Positions 10,316 through 21,867 of a stretch of 64,000 bases of DNA are shown in pieces. The notes under the pieces were generated by a model. The model did no database searches, was not told where the DNA came from, and was given only the letters and a program-made list of their open reading frames with translations. The stretch lies in IMG/VR virus record IMGVR_UViG_3300020814_000535; one strand, written 5' to 3'. Position numbers and translations under genes: made by a program. Each line of letters opens with the position of its first letter. Within the stretch, counting starts at the first letter, position 1. Source of the stretch: a virus. Its lineage: Duplodnaviria > Caudoviricetes.

Positions 10316-11046
10316 AATGCATGTTTTCATAGTTTTGGATTCAAATGGATGGACCGATAGACCAACGATTCTCACGATGGTTACGGTGAATGAAGATGAA
10401 ATTTCTTCAACCAGGGCAAAGCTCCTCGATTTGGTTGATCAACTGGAGGGAGCTTACATGAAAGAAGGAGATACAGATACCGTTTCCCAGGCTCTAGATT
10501 ACTTGGATGGGCTAGTTCATTCGGACGAAAATGAAGAACTCTGACCGCTTCAAATCCTTCCGTAAAACCACTTGGGATGAACGTAAGAAGTGGGCGGTTT
10601 ACTTCTTGGTCAGCTCAGATCGCTACTCTCCCTATCTTTCTAATTTCCTTGCCGAATGGTTCTACAACGATAAGATGCACGAAGAAGAATTCATAAAGAG
10701 ATTTAAGAAATTAATAAGGAATTTAAAGGGATATCAGTAAATGCACACTCTAGCTATCATTGGGATTATTCTTGCTCTTCTGTGCTGGTGCTGGGGTCTA
10801 TTTTGGATGATTATTTCGATGGTGTTTGGTTCGGAAGAATTGCAGAATCTTAAATTAGAACTTAAAACTCGAGAAGAAATAGCACATGTAACGGGTGGGG
10901 TCCGCGAGGAAATGAAGACTGTTTCCCGCATGATTCTCTTTTCCATTCCCCTTTTTATTTTTGCTCCTATCTGTTGGCCCTGGTTGGGGCTTCGAAGGGC
11001 TGTTGGTTGGTTTGTTGAAATAATTCGATTTGCTTGGAGGTAGATT

Positions 11047-11807
11047 ATGACTCTTCTCGCTAAAGCCGACCTACGTGGTCGCGGATGGCGGGGATGGACG
11101 GTAAAGCAACATTTTGTACTACTCTGCGACAGGAGCTATGGTTTTGGAGAATGGTGGCGACGTCTTTGGTATCTTAAGCCCATTCGGCCCTGGAGATGGT
11201 TGAGCTTGGATTTTCCGCGAGAACAGATTACCGCTGATCAGGCTCGATCAATTCTTAAAGAAGAAGGAATTCTGTAACAAACTGCCTACTCTTATCTAAA
11301 ACGGTAGACGTTTTGTATCAGGAGAAATGAAATGAATGCTTCGCTTCTTAAAAAATCTTCTAGCGGAACTGACGGATTACGTCGATGGGAATTGGGAAAA
11401 CATGCGGCGCTAGTCTGTTTATCTTACGTTGATCCGCATAAGTTTCCATTTCCCAGAATTTATTGGAAGGTGTTTCCTAAAAACATTTGGGCCACCACAG
11501 AAGAGATTTGGTTTACGGCAACAACAATTTCCCGTCAAGTAGCTGTCGAGATACTTCAACAAGAAGGAATCTTATGAATGCCTCACTTTTTAGAAAATCT
11601 TTTCGAGATGAAAATTATCCCTGTGGTGGACGTTATTGGCATCTTGGGCCGGTAAGAGAAATTCACTGCGAATCTTTCTATGGAAGTATTATTTGGGAGA
11701 TTAAGTTCCGTGGTCCGTGGGTTCTTGACGAAGAACTTTATGTTCCACGTGTTGTTGTTACGCGGAAACAAGCCATTCAAATTCTTGAACAAGAAGGAAT
11801 TCTCTAA
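11047..11807 (+). CDS. Three tandem paralogous ~77-81 aa proteins (11047-11277, 11332-11577, 11574-11807)
   Basis: All end IL[KQE][EQ]EGIL; two start MNASL; Trp-rich. Confidence 0.8.
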
Positions 11808-12006
11808 TGCCAACATCTGATCTTGCGGATATGATTTGTACAACTATTGTAACTCTGGCTTCTTTCTATTTCTTCTACAAGTTGATGAAATGAAATGACC
11901 ACTGAAACAACTCCTCTTTTCACCTATGCCATGATGGGTGGAAGTGTCTTCCTACTGACACTCGGAGTTTGGCTAAGGTTGACTGATAAAAACTTGGAGA
12001 AACCCA

Positions 12007-12330
12007 ATGAAACTCAACGACTCTCTAACCGATGAACTCTTTGACGATACCGAGCTTCCCCTCCAAGTTTGCAAAAGCGGGGCAGGCTATTACATTGGCC
12101 AGATGGAGCCTTCGGGTTGCCCTTATTCTCGTCTCTCGGATTATTACCCGACTCAAGAAGACGCCGAACAAGGTCTCGAGTTGGAATTCCCCTTGCGAGA
12201 AGTAGTCGAGAATGAACGATTGATTCGAGAATTGACCGAGAAGGGTGTTATCAGGCCTATGTTTCCAATAAAGAACTCTTCCCTTATTGAAATCATGGGA
12301 AGCTTGTTGATTGAAGAAGAAGAGGAATAA
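12007..12330 (+). CDS. Conserved phage/ICE hypothetical protein
   Basis: QVCKSGAGYYIG...PYSRLSDYY motif. Confidence 0.7.
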   Translation: MKLNDSLTDELFDDTELPLQVCKSGAGYYIGQMEPSGCPYSRLSDYYPTQEDAEQGLELEFPLREVVENERLIRELTEKGVIRPMFPIKNSSLIEIMGSLLIEEEEE

Positions 12331-12530
12331 TGCCGAAACTTACTGTAACCGTGCTGGTGGAGATGGGCGGGCAAGAATTTGAATGGGCCTGTTCAACTTT
12401 AATTCCAGAAGGAGTGTTCCCTGAGGAAGCAAGGGTGGCGGTTGATCTCTATGAGAACGAAGGGACTCCTGAAGCAATGTTTCTGGACATGGAAACGGCC
12501 ATTCTAAAGAAAAGAAGTTAAGGAGAACTC

Positions 12531-12770
12531 TTGAAGAAACTTATCCTGCTACTCTTTGCTCTCTGTTGTTTTTCCTGCGTTCATGTCTGTCAGGTGGGGC
12601 TCTCGAGGTGTAATGGAACATCTGTTGAGCTTTGTGACGATATGGGTCAATGGTACCAGGTCATGGACTGTAGCGAGTTGTTGGTCGAAGACGACGATTG
12701 GGCGTGTTGTTTGACCGTCGAAGATCGCCATTCGTGTCTGCCGGCTCAAGAATGCTCGGTGACGCGATGA
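12531..12770 (+). CDS. Cys-rich putative lipoprotein
   Basis: Signal peptide plus Cys (CFSC); RCNG..ELC...GQW...DC pattern. Confidence 0.65.
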   Translation: MKKLILLLFALCCFSCVHVCQVGLSRCNGTSVELCDDMGQWYQVMDCSELLVEDDDWACCLTVEDRHSCLPAQECSVTR

Positions 12771-13360
12771 CTCCTGAAGGCGCTGTTGTCCGAGATTTCT
12801 GGAACTATCTGTCAGCCGAATACGGAAGCCGAATTGTTCACAAGGGGTCGGCGGCAGAAATGAAGGCTGCTGCCAAATTTCTTCAGACGATTGGAATTCT
12901 CGACGCTGAAGAATTTCTCAATTATTATGCGACAACTATTGGGAAAACGATCTATATTCCATTTGAGATTGGAGTAGAGAACGACGATTGGTCCCTTTGG
13001 GAACAGATCAGTGTCGGGGCGCACGAACATCAACACATTGTTGAACTCAATCGAGATGGGTGGGTGAAATACAATGCAGGATATGCGCTCTCTGGAACCA
13101 AACGAGCATTGTATGAAGCAGAATGTTATCGAACTGATATGGAGTTGTGGTTCTGGAAGACGGGTCAGATTCGTGGGCCGGGAGGGTTCAGTTTGAAGGG
13201 ATATGGTCTTTCGGCGGCGCAAAACAAGACCTACAAACAGTATCTGGAAATGTCGGCGCAAGTGATTCGACGAGGGGCAATCGTCAACGAAGTGTCGCAG
13301 AAATCGATTCGATGGTTGAATCAGAATGGTCTGGTATTTCAAGATCCGAGGACAAAATGA
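12767..13360 (+). CDS. Zincin-like metallopeptidase (DUF4157-like)
   Basis: ATTIG..IY, HEHQH and YEAECY motifs. Confidence 0.7.
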   Translation: MTPEGAVVRDFWNYLSAEYGSRIVHKGSAAEMKAAAKFLQTIGILDAEEFLNYYATTIGKTIYIPFEIGVENDDWSLWEQISVGAHEHQHIVELNRDGWVKYNAGYALSGTKRALYEAECYRTDMELWFWKTGQIRGPGGFSLKGYGLSAAQNKTYKQYLEMSAQVIRRGAIVNEVSQKSIRWLNQNGLVFQDPRTK

Positions 13361-13602
13361 CACCAAAAGAAAAGTCCGAACGACTGGATGAGATTCGGAA
13401 TCAAATCAAAGATTTGGTCTACGAAGCCAGGGATTTGCTCCGACATGAAGGGATTACGTGGGATCGAGCCAACAGTTATTGGTATGCCCACATTCTCATG
13501 GCCTTGGATAAAGAGCACGATTACCTTGGTAGCTCCATGGTGACAATGGAAGACACAATATACGAGCTGGACTATGACGAAGAGGAAGAGGAATAATCCC
13601 TA

Positions 13603-14034
13603 ATGCACATCCAAGTTGCGTCTCAAGCTCAAGCGGAATTGGCAAACAAGATCAAGATTCCTCACGCGATTATTAGTATCATTCAGCCGGGACGAAGTGC
13701 GAAACCCAAGGAGAACGATCAGACGCGGGCAAAACTAACGCTCCAATTTCACAACCTCGAGTCCGAACCCGATCGAGCCTGGAAGAATTTCTACGGGGAA
13801 GCGAAGTTGTTTAACGAGGAAATCGCGGGAGAAGTAAAGACATTCCTTTCTTCCCTCTCGGACATTGAAATGATTCTGATTCATTGTGAAACAGGCAGAC
13901 ATCGCTCTCCTGCACTGGGAGCCGCTCTAGCAAATTATTATGGGGATGGGAAACAGGAGAATACTTTCTTTTGTCCGCCCTACATGCCAAGTGAACTTGT
14001 TTATAATGTTGCTGTGAAAGCTTTGAAAGAATAA
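13603..14034 (+). CDS. Predicted protein tyrosine phosphatase
   Basis: IISI and IHCETGRHRS (HCx5R) P-loop. Confidence 0.8.
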   Translation: MHIQVASQAQAELANKIKIPHAIISIIQPGRSAKPKENDQTRAKLTLQFHNLESEPDRAWKNFYGEAKLFNEEIAGEVKTFLSSLSDIEMILIHCETGRHRSPALGAALANYYGDGKQENTFFCPPYMPSELVYNVAVKALKE

Positions 14035-14873
14035 GTCAATGAGAGATATTAGAATCAACAAAAAGAACTTCACAGTTCTTGTGGATTTGGACGACAAGGA
14101 ATACGAGCGAGCAGGAAAGTTTGCTTTTCCCACGCTCAAAGGAAAGGCGGCAAAGTTTGAGAAAGCTCTGGCGAGGTTTGGCTTTGAGTTTAACGAAATG
14201 GTAGATAACCGAGTAGAGTTTGTAGATAAGTTGGAGTTTTCCTTGGATTTTAAGCCAGAAATTTATGAGTATCTAGATAGTCTAGCTGAATGGAAGGTTT
14301 ACTTTGCTCTTGAGCATTTGGTAAATAAAAGATGGCGAGTTTGTATTGTGAATTCATCGAATTGTGGAGAACACAGAGATATAGTAGTGGCTTTCAAAGA
14401 TGCCTATAAACGATGGTTTGAAAGCGGCCGGGAAATAAAGCGCGGGGATCATTACGTTGCTTTGGAAGACGTTCTCGAAGACTTTGGATACCAACCATGA
14501 AGAAATTCCTTAAAGATCTCGGTTCGGTGCTTTGGAGAGTTGGTTTCTGGACAATGGCGCTCGGAACTTGGACTTGGACCTATTTGGTGTTGTCAGGTGA
14601 TATGAAGACTGACCAGCACTGGGTACCTTTGTTTACGAGTGTCTTGTGGGGTTTTCTTGTAGGAATGGAAGTGAACGAATGGATTGACGGAAAGTTGGTG
14701 AAAGTTTGGAGAAAGAATGCAGTTAACTATAAATTTCTTGCAGACACGTGGGAGAAGGACTATCGCGAGTTGGTTGCGTTGATTGAAAAGAGAGCAGCTG
14801 AATTTAAAGATTCTTAGTTTATTGGTAGTTCACGAAATTTTTGGAGTCTAACAACAAACGAGGAGAAACGAAC

Positions 14874-15275
14874 ATGTCGCTGAATCAGATGCAACTCATT
14901 GGTCACCTTGGCAAGGATCCCGAGCTTCGTCACACCCAGAAGGGGCAGGCCGTCTGCACCGTCTCGCTCGCCACGTCTTACAAGACGAAGGGCGGCGAGG
15001 AGCGCGTCACCTGGCATCGGGTGGTTGCGTGGGACGGGCACGCTGAGAATCTGGCGAAGTACACCCAGAAGGGCTCACAAGTCTGGGTGGAGGGTCGAAT
15101 GGATTATCGGCCCTACACGGATTCTCAGGGAATCAAGCGGGTCCAGGCGGAAGTGGTGGTGTCGCGGGTGGAGTTTCTGAGTGGCAAGCCTGGCAAGAAG
15201 ACGGACGAGGCTCAGACCGAGCTGCCCCTGAGTGAAGGGGATGTGCCGGTGGATGAGTCGGATATGCCATTTTGA
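14874..15275 (+). CDS. ssb: Single-stranded DNA-binding protein
   Basis: LIGHLGKDPE, TWHRVVAW, KGSQVWVEGR, acidic DMPF tail. Confidence 0.95.
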   Translation: MSLNQMQLIGHLGKDPELRHTQKGQAVCTVSLATSYKTKGGEERVTWHRVVAWDGHAENLAKYTQKGSQVWVEGRMDYRPYTDSQGIKRVQAEVVVSRVEFLSGKPGKKTDEAQTELPLSEGDVPVDESDMPF

Positions 15276-15285
15276 CCTGCCTTAC

Positions 15286-15321
15286 TTTCCTCTAGACTTT
15301 CCCTCCAAAAACTTCTAAGCT
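15286..15321 (+). promoter_or_regulatory. Sigma70-like promoter TAGACT-N17-TAAGCT with TTCCTC extension
   Basis: Intergenic; same upstream extension as 17092 and 17628. Confidence 0.5.
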
Positions 15322-15345
15322 GAAGCAAAATCCGGGAGGAATAAA

Positions 15346-15789
15346 ATGTCTAAATTTAGATTAGTCGTCAAGGGCACTCCTGAGGAAGCGCGAAAAGAAG
15401 CGGAGGAGTACTGTATTTTTGCCGAAGACATTCTGGAAGTTGAGCACGAGGAGAAGTTCAACGAAACGTTTCTGACCGCTGAAGCACGCTTTCATGCGAT
15501 CAGTCTTTGGTATTCCAAAGGGGCAGACGACGCTCCGTTTCCAGCGGGAACTCTTTTGTGGTTCCGCGAGATCAAAGAGGGAAGCAGCAAAGAGAGATTC
15601 GATCAATTGGGAGTTAAAGATTAGTGTAAGACTTGCAAGGGGAAAGGAACTTCACTCGCAAATCAAACCTTTCCTAAAGGGTGGAAGGGATGCAGGGAAT
15701 GTGGATTTTCGGAGTTTGAATCCTGGCAGGCTCATAAATTCATGAAGATGCACAGGCAGAACATGAAGAAGTTAAATCGCAAGCGATGA
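15346..15789 (+). CDS. Hypothetical protein; in-frame TAG (15622-24) followed by a start-less CxxCxGxG...CxxC segment
   Basis: Direct translation past the TAG stays open to TGA15787. Confidence 0.55.
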
Positions 15790-15887
15790 CTTGTGATAAA
15801 CCCAAGTGTCGAATCAACACTCACAAGGTGAACGATTCGCTTTGTTGGGAATGCCGAAAAATAATTGAGAAACGAAAGGAGTTCCCC

Positions 15888-16313
15888 ATGTCTACTCGCA
15901 CTCAGATTACAGTTGAAGGTCAGACGGTAAAGCTTTACTGTCATCATGACGGGTATCCAGAAGGAATTCTTCCCGACCTACTTCCTTTTGTGAGTTGGTT
16001 TATCAAGGAGTGCGGGTTTCAGGAAGACTATATGATGGCTCGCCTAACTCAGCGGATGACTGGAGATGATAAGGGAGTTCTGAGCTTTGGTCTGGATACC
16101 GAGTGGCATGGAGACCTGGAGTGGGCCTATGTAATTCGGCGGGATGGAAGCGTGGATGTGTATCGGGTTGGGGATAGATATGTGAATTATCTGAGCAACC
16201 AAGGGTTCGATGGGAGAAGTGACGACGATACAGATTTGCGCGTGAAGAAAATACTATCCATTCCTCTCGGAACTCCTTTTGAAGAAGCATTGGAAATGAT
16301 TGAAATTTTTTAG
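15888..16313 (+). CDS. Conserved phage protein (MSTR...YCHHDGYP family), in frame with upstream mini-ORF from 15786
   Basis: AAGGAG SD before ATG15888; characteristic N-terminus. Confidence 0.75.
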   Translation: MSTRTQITVEGQTVKLYCHHDGYPEGILPDLLPFVSWFIKECGFQEDYMMARLTQRMTGDDKGVLSFGLDTEWHGDLEWAYVIRRDGSVDVYRVGDRYVNYLSNQGFDGRSDDDTDLRVKKILSIPLGTPFEEALEMIEIF

Positions 16314-16334
16314 GGCGCGAAAGGGAGGTGGGCC

Positions 16335-16628
16335 ATGGCAAAGCGAAAGCGTTACACTCAAAATCAGGGTTCTGTAGCACTCCAACTCCGCAAGGAAGAA
16401 GCTCTGACGTGGAGAGACATTGGGAAGCGTTTGGGTGTCTCCGACAAGACCGCTCGGGTCTGGGCACATCGACGAAGTGAAGAGTTCAAGTCCCAGGCGA
16501 AAAAACTGATTACACCCAAGAACGGACGTCGCCAGCGTGCCAAGGAAGAATCGGAATATTTGCGTTGGTGGTATTTGGGTGAACGCAGGGGTTGGGTGGA
16601 ACGATTGTTGAAAGATCTGAAGAGGTGA
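16335..16628 (+). CDS. Helix-turn-helix DNA-binding protein
   Basis: LTWRDIGKRLGVSDKTARVW. Confidence 0.75.
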   Translation: MAKRKRYTQNQGSVALQLRKEEALTWRDIGKRLGVSDKTARVWAHRRSEEFKSQAKKLITPKNGRRQRAKEESEYLRWWYLGERRGWVERLLKDLKR

Positions 16629-17091
16629 GCAATGTATTTCCACGGCACACCTTTTGATGATTTCCACTATGAAGTCGAACGCGAAGAGCAGGGGATAAAA
16701 TTCACCTACTCGCTCAGCGTAAGTGGTAGATTTACTCCAGGCAAGCCGCCTCGGCCAGGGATCTTTAATCCCGACCATCCGGATTTTTCAGATCCGGGGA
16801 GTGGAGACGAGATCGATATCAACAAGATTGAAGTAACTGAAATTTGGTGCGATTGGCGCAAGATCAGAACCAAAAATCCAATTCTAGAAACTATCCTGGA
16901 TAACGCATTTGCCATTACAGATAGCATTTCAACGTATGCGGCTGAATGCGCTGACCGACTCGTCTCTCAGTTGATTGCTCACGAGGTTGGGCTGGGCTCG
17001 CTGGCGGACTTTGATTTGACCGATAAAGAACAAGAAGAACTAGATAGATTTATTGCCGAAGATATGGGAAGAAGTTATGACGAAGGTTAAT

Positions 17092-17126
17092 TTTCCTCTT
17101 GACTCTTTCTCTTCCAGAATTATCTT
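17092..17126 (+). promoter_or_regulatory. Sigma70-like promoter TTGACT-N16-TATCTT upstream of hsp20
   Basis: Intergenic; TTCCTC extension; AAAGGAGG SD downstream. Confidence 0.5.
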
Positions 17127-17161
17127 TCCTCCCAAGTAACTCTTTTTAAAGGAGGAGAATT

Positions 17162-17608
17162 ATGGGGTATCTAGATCTATCTGGTTTCTTTGAACATGGT
17201 CCCTATTGGTTTGAAAAGCGGGAAACTTCGCCTTGGGAAAAGCTTGTTGACTGGGACAAGATTATTGAAGAATTGAGAAATAAGTACGGAGATTGTGGCA
17301 TGTTTACAGAAAAGTACGCCTATCCAAGAACTTATTCTGTTCCGGACAGCGGGATCATTGCGTGTGATCTTCCAGGGGTTGGTCGGGAGAATATCTCGAT
17401 CACGATTGAGCGGGGCTTCCTCCAGATTACAGTCTATGAGAAGCCAACAGATCCGCCCAAGAAGGGCAAACTTTACAAGCTGATGACGTACACATTGCCC
17501 GATGGCATCGATCAGACCCAGATTACCGCAACGTATGTTGACGGTGTGTTAAAGATTACGATCCCTACTCCTCAAAAGAAACAGCCTTTCGAAGTTAAAA
17601 TATCGTGA
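17162..17608 (+). CDS. Small heat-shock protein (Hsp20/alpha-crystallin)
   Basis: DLPGV..ENISI, LPDGID...ITATYVDGVLKITIP, C-terminal VKI. Confidence 0.9.
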   Translation: MGYLDLSGFFEHGPYWFEKRETSPWEKLVDWDKIIEELRNKYGDCGMFTEKYAYPRTYSVPDSGIIACDLPGVGRENISITIERGFLQITVYEKPTDPPKKGKLYKLMTYTLPDGIDQTQITATYVDGVLKITIPTPQKKQPFEVKIS

Positions 17609-17697
17609 AGCATTATCCTGAAAGAAATTCCTCTTGAAAAGATAGCGTGGAGACGCTAAAAGTAGATAGGCACCAACAACAAACCAGGAGATGGAAG

Positions 17698-18255
17698 ATG
17701 ACTACCCCAGCCCAAAGAAAAGAAAATCCTAGCAGTTCCGAGGCTCTTTTGCGCCATGCGTTCGATCAGTTCATCGAACAGCGAGGCGGAAAGGACAAGT
17801 ACATCGAAGATTTGAAGAGGGCAAAGATTGTCGAGATTATCGAGCGGATGTCAGGCGAAGAGGGAGTAACGCTGAATCATCTGCTCGAGGCGGCCAATAC
17901 CGAACAAACAGGACTCCATCAGTTGATTCTCGATATGCCGCTCGTGGATTTTCAGTCTTTGGTGGGACGAGAGCTGAGACGACGTCCTGCAGCTGCGGCG
18001 GCAGCGGGAACGCAAGAAGAGAAGGGAGAACGAGCAGCTCGTGGATCTCGGCTGGTGCCCGTCCTCCAAGCCCTGAAGGAGGCAGACGGCCAGGGAATCC
18101 GCCGAGGTGACCTGCAGGAGAAGTTGGGTTGGGATCCAACGGTACAGCTGACGCACGGAGAGCGGACGAAGCTGATCACTCGCACGGGTAGCCGGGGTAA
18201 GTTCCGTTACAAGATTACGCCTGAGGGCGAAAATTACCTTGCCCGCGTCGCCTAA
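17698..18255 (+). CDS. Protein with C-terminal winged-helix-like domain
   Basis: GIRRGDLQEKLG...YKITPEG; AGGAG SD. Confidence 0.55.
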   Translation: MTTPAQRKENPSSSEALLRHAFDQFIEQRGGKDKYIEDLKRAKIVEIIERMSGEEGVTLNHLLEAANTEQTGLHQLILDMPLVDFQSLVGRELRRRPAAAAAAGTQEEKGERAARGSRLVPVLQALKEADGQGIRRGDLQEKLGWDPTVQLTHGERTKLITRTGSRGKFRYKITPEGENYLARVA

Positions 18256-21200
18256 TTCCTCTTTTAAAATCTCTGAAATTTAAGTAAGGTCGATTCAAAG
18301 GAGTTCTTCTTTGAAAGCGCTGATTACTATCGAGACAGAGACAATTTATTATAACGAAGAGTTCTGGGTCAATGTTGAGCCCTTCAATCAAGACGGAACT
18401 TCGGCGCAAACGGCAACCCTTCCCTTTCGGATCCTTCAGATTATGAAGGATAGAAAGTATTCTCGATTGAACCCTGAACTCGAGGAGAACCTTCAAAGAG
18501 CCAAGAAACTCCTTGAAAAACTAGGTTGGGAAGTAATTGTAGATTTGTAAGTGACCGAACTCGATATCCTTTCAGACCTTCTCTGGGCTCTTGGATTTAT
18601 CTTCTTTGTTTCTTCTATTGCAGGATTGTTAATTTTAGGAGTGTATTTCCATGACTAAAGAAAATTTCACTGCAGGAGCTACCGGCCATTGGTGTCCTTT
18701 GAGAAACACCGAGTCTGGCGTCTGCAATGATCCGAGATACCAAGGCCAAGACTGTGAGACGTATTTGAAATACGAGGAAGTTGAACCTGGCCTATGGGGA
18801 GTTGTCGATGTTCCCGACGATTGTCCCCTTCGTAAAGGAAATCTCATTGTAACGCTCTGTAAAGTTGAAAAGGCGGAAGATGATAGACCCAGCTAGTTTC
18901 TGTTTCTATCTACTTATTGGCGCAGGAGTTCTGGTTGGAATGATTGCAATTGGAATTGTTATTGTGAGTAGGCTTTACCATGACTGAAGAATCTCGTCAG
19001 AAGATGGAAGAGTATGTATTGGACATGGTGTTGAGTTCGCAGAGCCCCGATTACCCCTCGGGTATCTGGGGACAACACGAACGGGAAGTGGCTGAGATCT
19101 TGGCTGGCTGGTTGGCCAATGACGATTTCAAAGAGGGCGCCATTGAAGTTGAACAAGTTGATGCAGCGGCGCAGGAATACTGTTCCCATGCGGCTCTGAA
19201 AGCGTCGGAATTGGGAGCGATGATTGAGTGGGATAAAGAGATAACTGGTAATGGAAATGATGGTTCTGAAAGTATTAGGGGATAAAAGTGCTAACTGGTG
19301 TAGCTTATTACAAAGAAGGTGATGTTGTTACGGTCAAGATCGATGAAAAACAGCAAGGTGTTGGTTGTCTTCGAGGGTTGGCTCACGAGTTCCCCATTGT
19401 AAATATGTGGATTGTCGAGATGCTGAACTGGGGAACTATTAAACACGAAGAATACAAGTGGTCATGTTTAATTTTACCTAGTAGTTATCTAACTTTTGTA
19501 GCAGAACTTAAATGCGATGAGATCCGTTAACTGGTCAGGAAGAGGTTGAATAGTTCTGAAGATGACTGGTCGATCCACACATGACAGATCTAATCGTCAT
19601 CTGGTGTATTTCGATGTTTGTCGGTCTTTGGTGGCAAATTGGGATGTTAGTGGACGTTTATTGGGACTATGCAGAGAAACTAGAAGATCGTTCTTTTGAT
19701 CGGTTGCACAGATACTATTATACGACTCAAACAGAACACTTTCGTTTGCGGAAGCGAGCCGCAATCTACACGCTAGGAGTCCCATTCAGGATTGTAGCTG
19801 CCCCACTCTATTTTCTGTGTTTTGTTCTTAAGAATGTTTATCGGGGTATTCGATTTCTCATCAAAGCTTCTCTCTGGAAAGAACCTGTCGAACAACCTAT
19901 TCCGCCAGTTGAGAAAGGACCGTATAGATAATGAGATTAGCATTTGATTATTTGTGTTCTATTGATCCTCTTTGGAGTTCCTGTGAGGTAACCGAGGAAG
20001 GAGTTATTAAAGCTCTGATCAATTCTCATAAGAGATTGAGAGAGCAGAATATTCGACGATGGAAGTATTTTGAAACATTGCCTTTTTGGAAGAGATGGTT
20101 GCTCCAAAAATTATTCAAAACAGAGGAACTTTTGTAAGATCTGAGGAATTATGTCCAAAGCACTAAACATTGAAGTTGATTTTGAGTGTTACTGTACGAA
20201 GTGCAACAAGCGGTTGGAGTTCAAGCTGGACAAGAAATATGCGGGCAATACACTGAAGATCGAGCCTTGCCAGCATTGTCTGGACAAGCTTGAAGAAATA
20301 GTGGCCAGCAAAAACTACAAGCAAGGATTTGAAGATGGCAAAGCTGAAGTGGATTAAACTGATACAGAGGAACGACTGGGAGCAGATTCGCTATTATCCG
20401 CCGGGAACCGAGGCTGGTGGAGCCCTTCTCCGAGATGGGACTCCCACGGGCGATCCCTCTATTTTTGATGAAAGGAAAGCCTATCATCTGGACGAGCGAA
20501 TGATCCGTGTGCGGTTTTCGGATGGAACAGTGGATAAAGCTCGGTTGGCTTGTGAAGAAACCAGTTGGGAAGAACGGGCTTATACTGTAACGCATAGGTT
20601 CTGGGGTGTTTATCAGGAGTGGCGAGGAAAGAAAATATTCTTTGACCTCTCGGAACTAGAAGTGTTAGAAGAAGAGTTTGGAAAGTTTATTACCGAGGGT
20701 GAGTGGCTCAAGGAACATCCTCGGCCTGAGATTAGAGGTAGATTTAGAGTTTGTTGAAAGGAGTACCTTAATGACTAAAGACCTTCTAGAGGAACTAGAT
20801 TTTGATGAGAATGAAGACGAAGAGGACAAGGAAGGGTATTGTGTTTCTTGTGGTGCGCCGGTAGATAAAGATCCCAATGGAAATTATCCTGAATTCTGTG
20901 TAGACTGTACCGACTCTTTTGAGAATATTAGCGATGATGATCACGACGATTTCTTTGGGTTCAGTGATGAAGATTTGAAAGATTTGAAGTGGAATTAGAA
21001 GAAGTTTCGAGTACCTATCTGGATCGATGGCCACGGATTGATTTCGACGAAATCACTCTCTTGTGGCACTGCGCTTATTGGGACGGGATGCTTTCAGGAG
21101 TGTGTTTATACCAGGGAGAGAAATGTTATTTTACTTTGGTTTCTGAAGATATCAGTCCGGAAGGCGAGATGTCTCGCGACTTTATTCTTTTTAAACTCAC

Positions 21201-21867
21201 TGAGGAACAAGCTCGTACTCATACTGAGCGTCATGAGTTATTCAGAAAATACGTAGGAACTCACACCGACTACGATTCGGAGGGCAAACGAAGTCTTGGC
21301 GCAACTCATCCACAGAGTGAATGGCACAAATATTACGATGTAGAGAAAACTTGGCGGCCTATCACATTGGGCAAAGAAGCCGTACTTGGTTGGTTTCGAT
21401 GGTAAAGTCATGACTACCGTCGATCAAGCAGTCCAAGCCGTAAAGAACTATATCCGTTGTTTTGATCCGGATGCTAAGTTTGCTCCAGAGACAGATGTAA
21501 AACTCGACGGGAATGTCTATACTGTTTGGATTATTAGATATGGACACAATTGTCGGGAATTCTATTACGTAGATGCGGATACCGGAAAACTAATGCCAGA
21601 TGTGATGTTCTAATGGAAGAGTTAGACATCCAAGCCCGTAGGGCTGTCATTAGCGACTTGGTTACTCGATATCTGAATCTTACGAAAGAGAAACCTCTTC
21701 GCCATGTGTTGGACAGTCGGATGGCGGAAATCTACTTGAAACTGGCCAACGATCTCGATCCAGAATGGACAAAGTTTTGTCTGGATATGGATGAAGCACT
21801 GAAAATGGTTAAATTGCCATTTCCAGATGTGGAGGCATTGATTCCTGAAGAAGAGGAGTAAAAGATT

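Noticed and set aside
11047-11807. Diversity-generating retroelement or retron
   Set aside because: No reverse transcriptase in the window and no adenine-specific TR/VR pair
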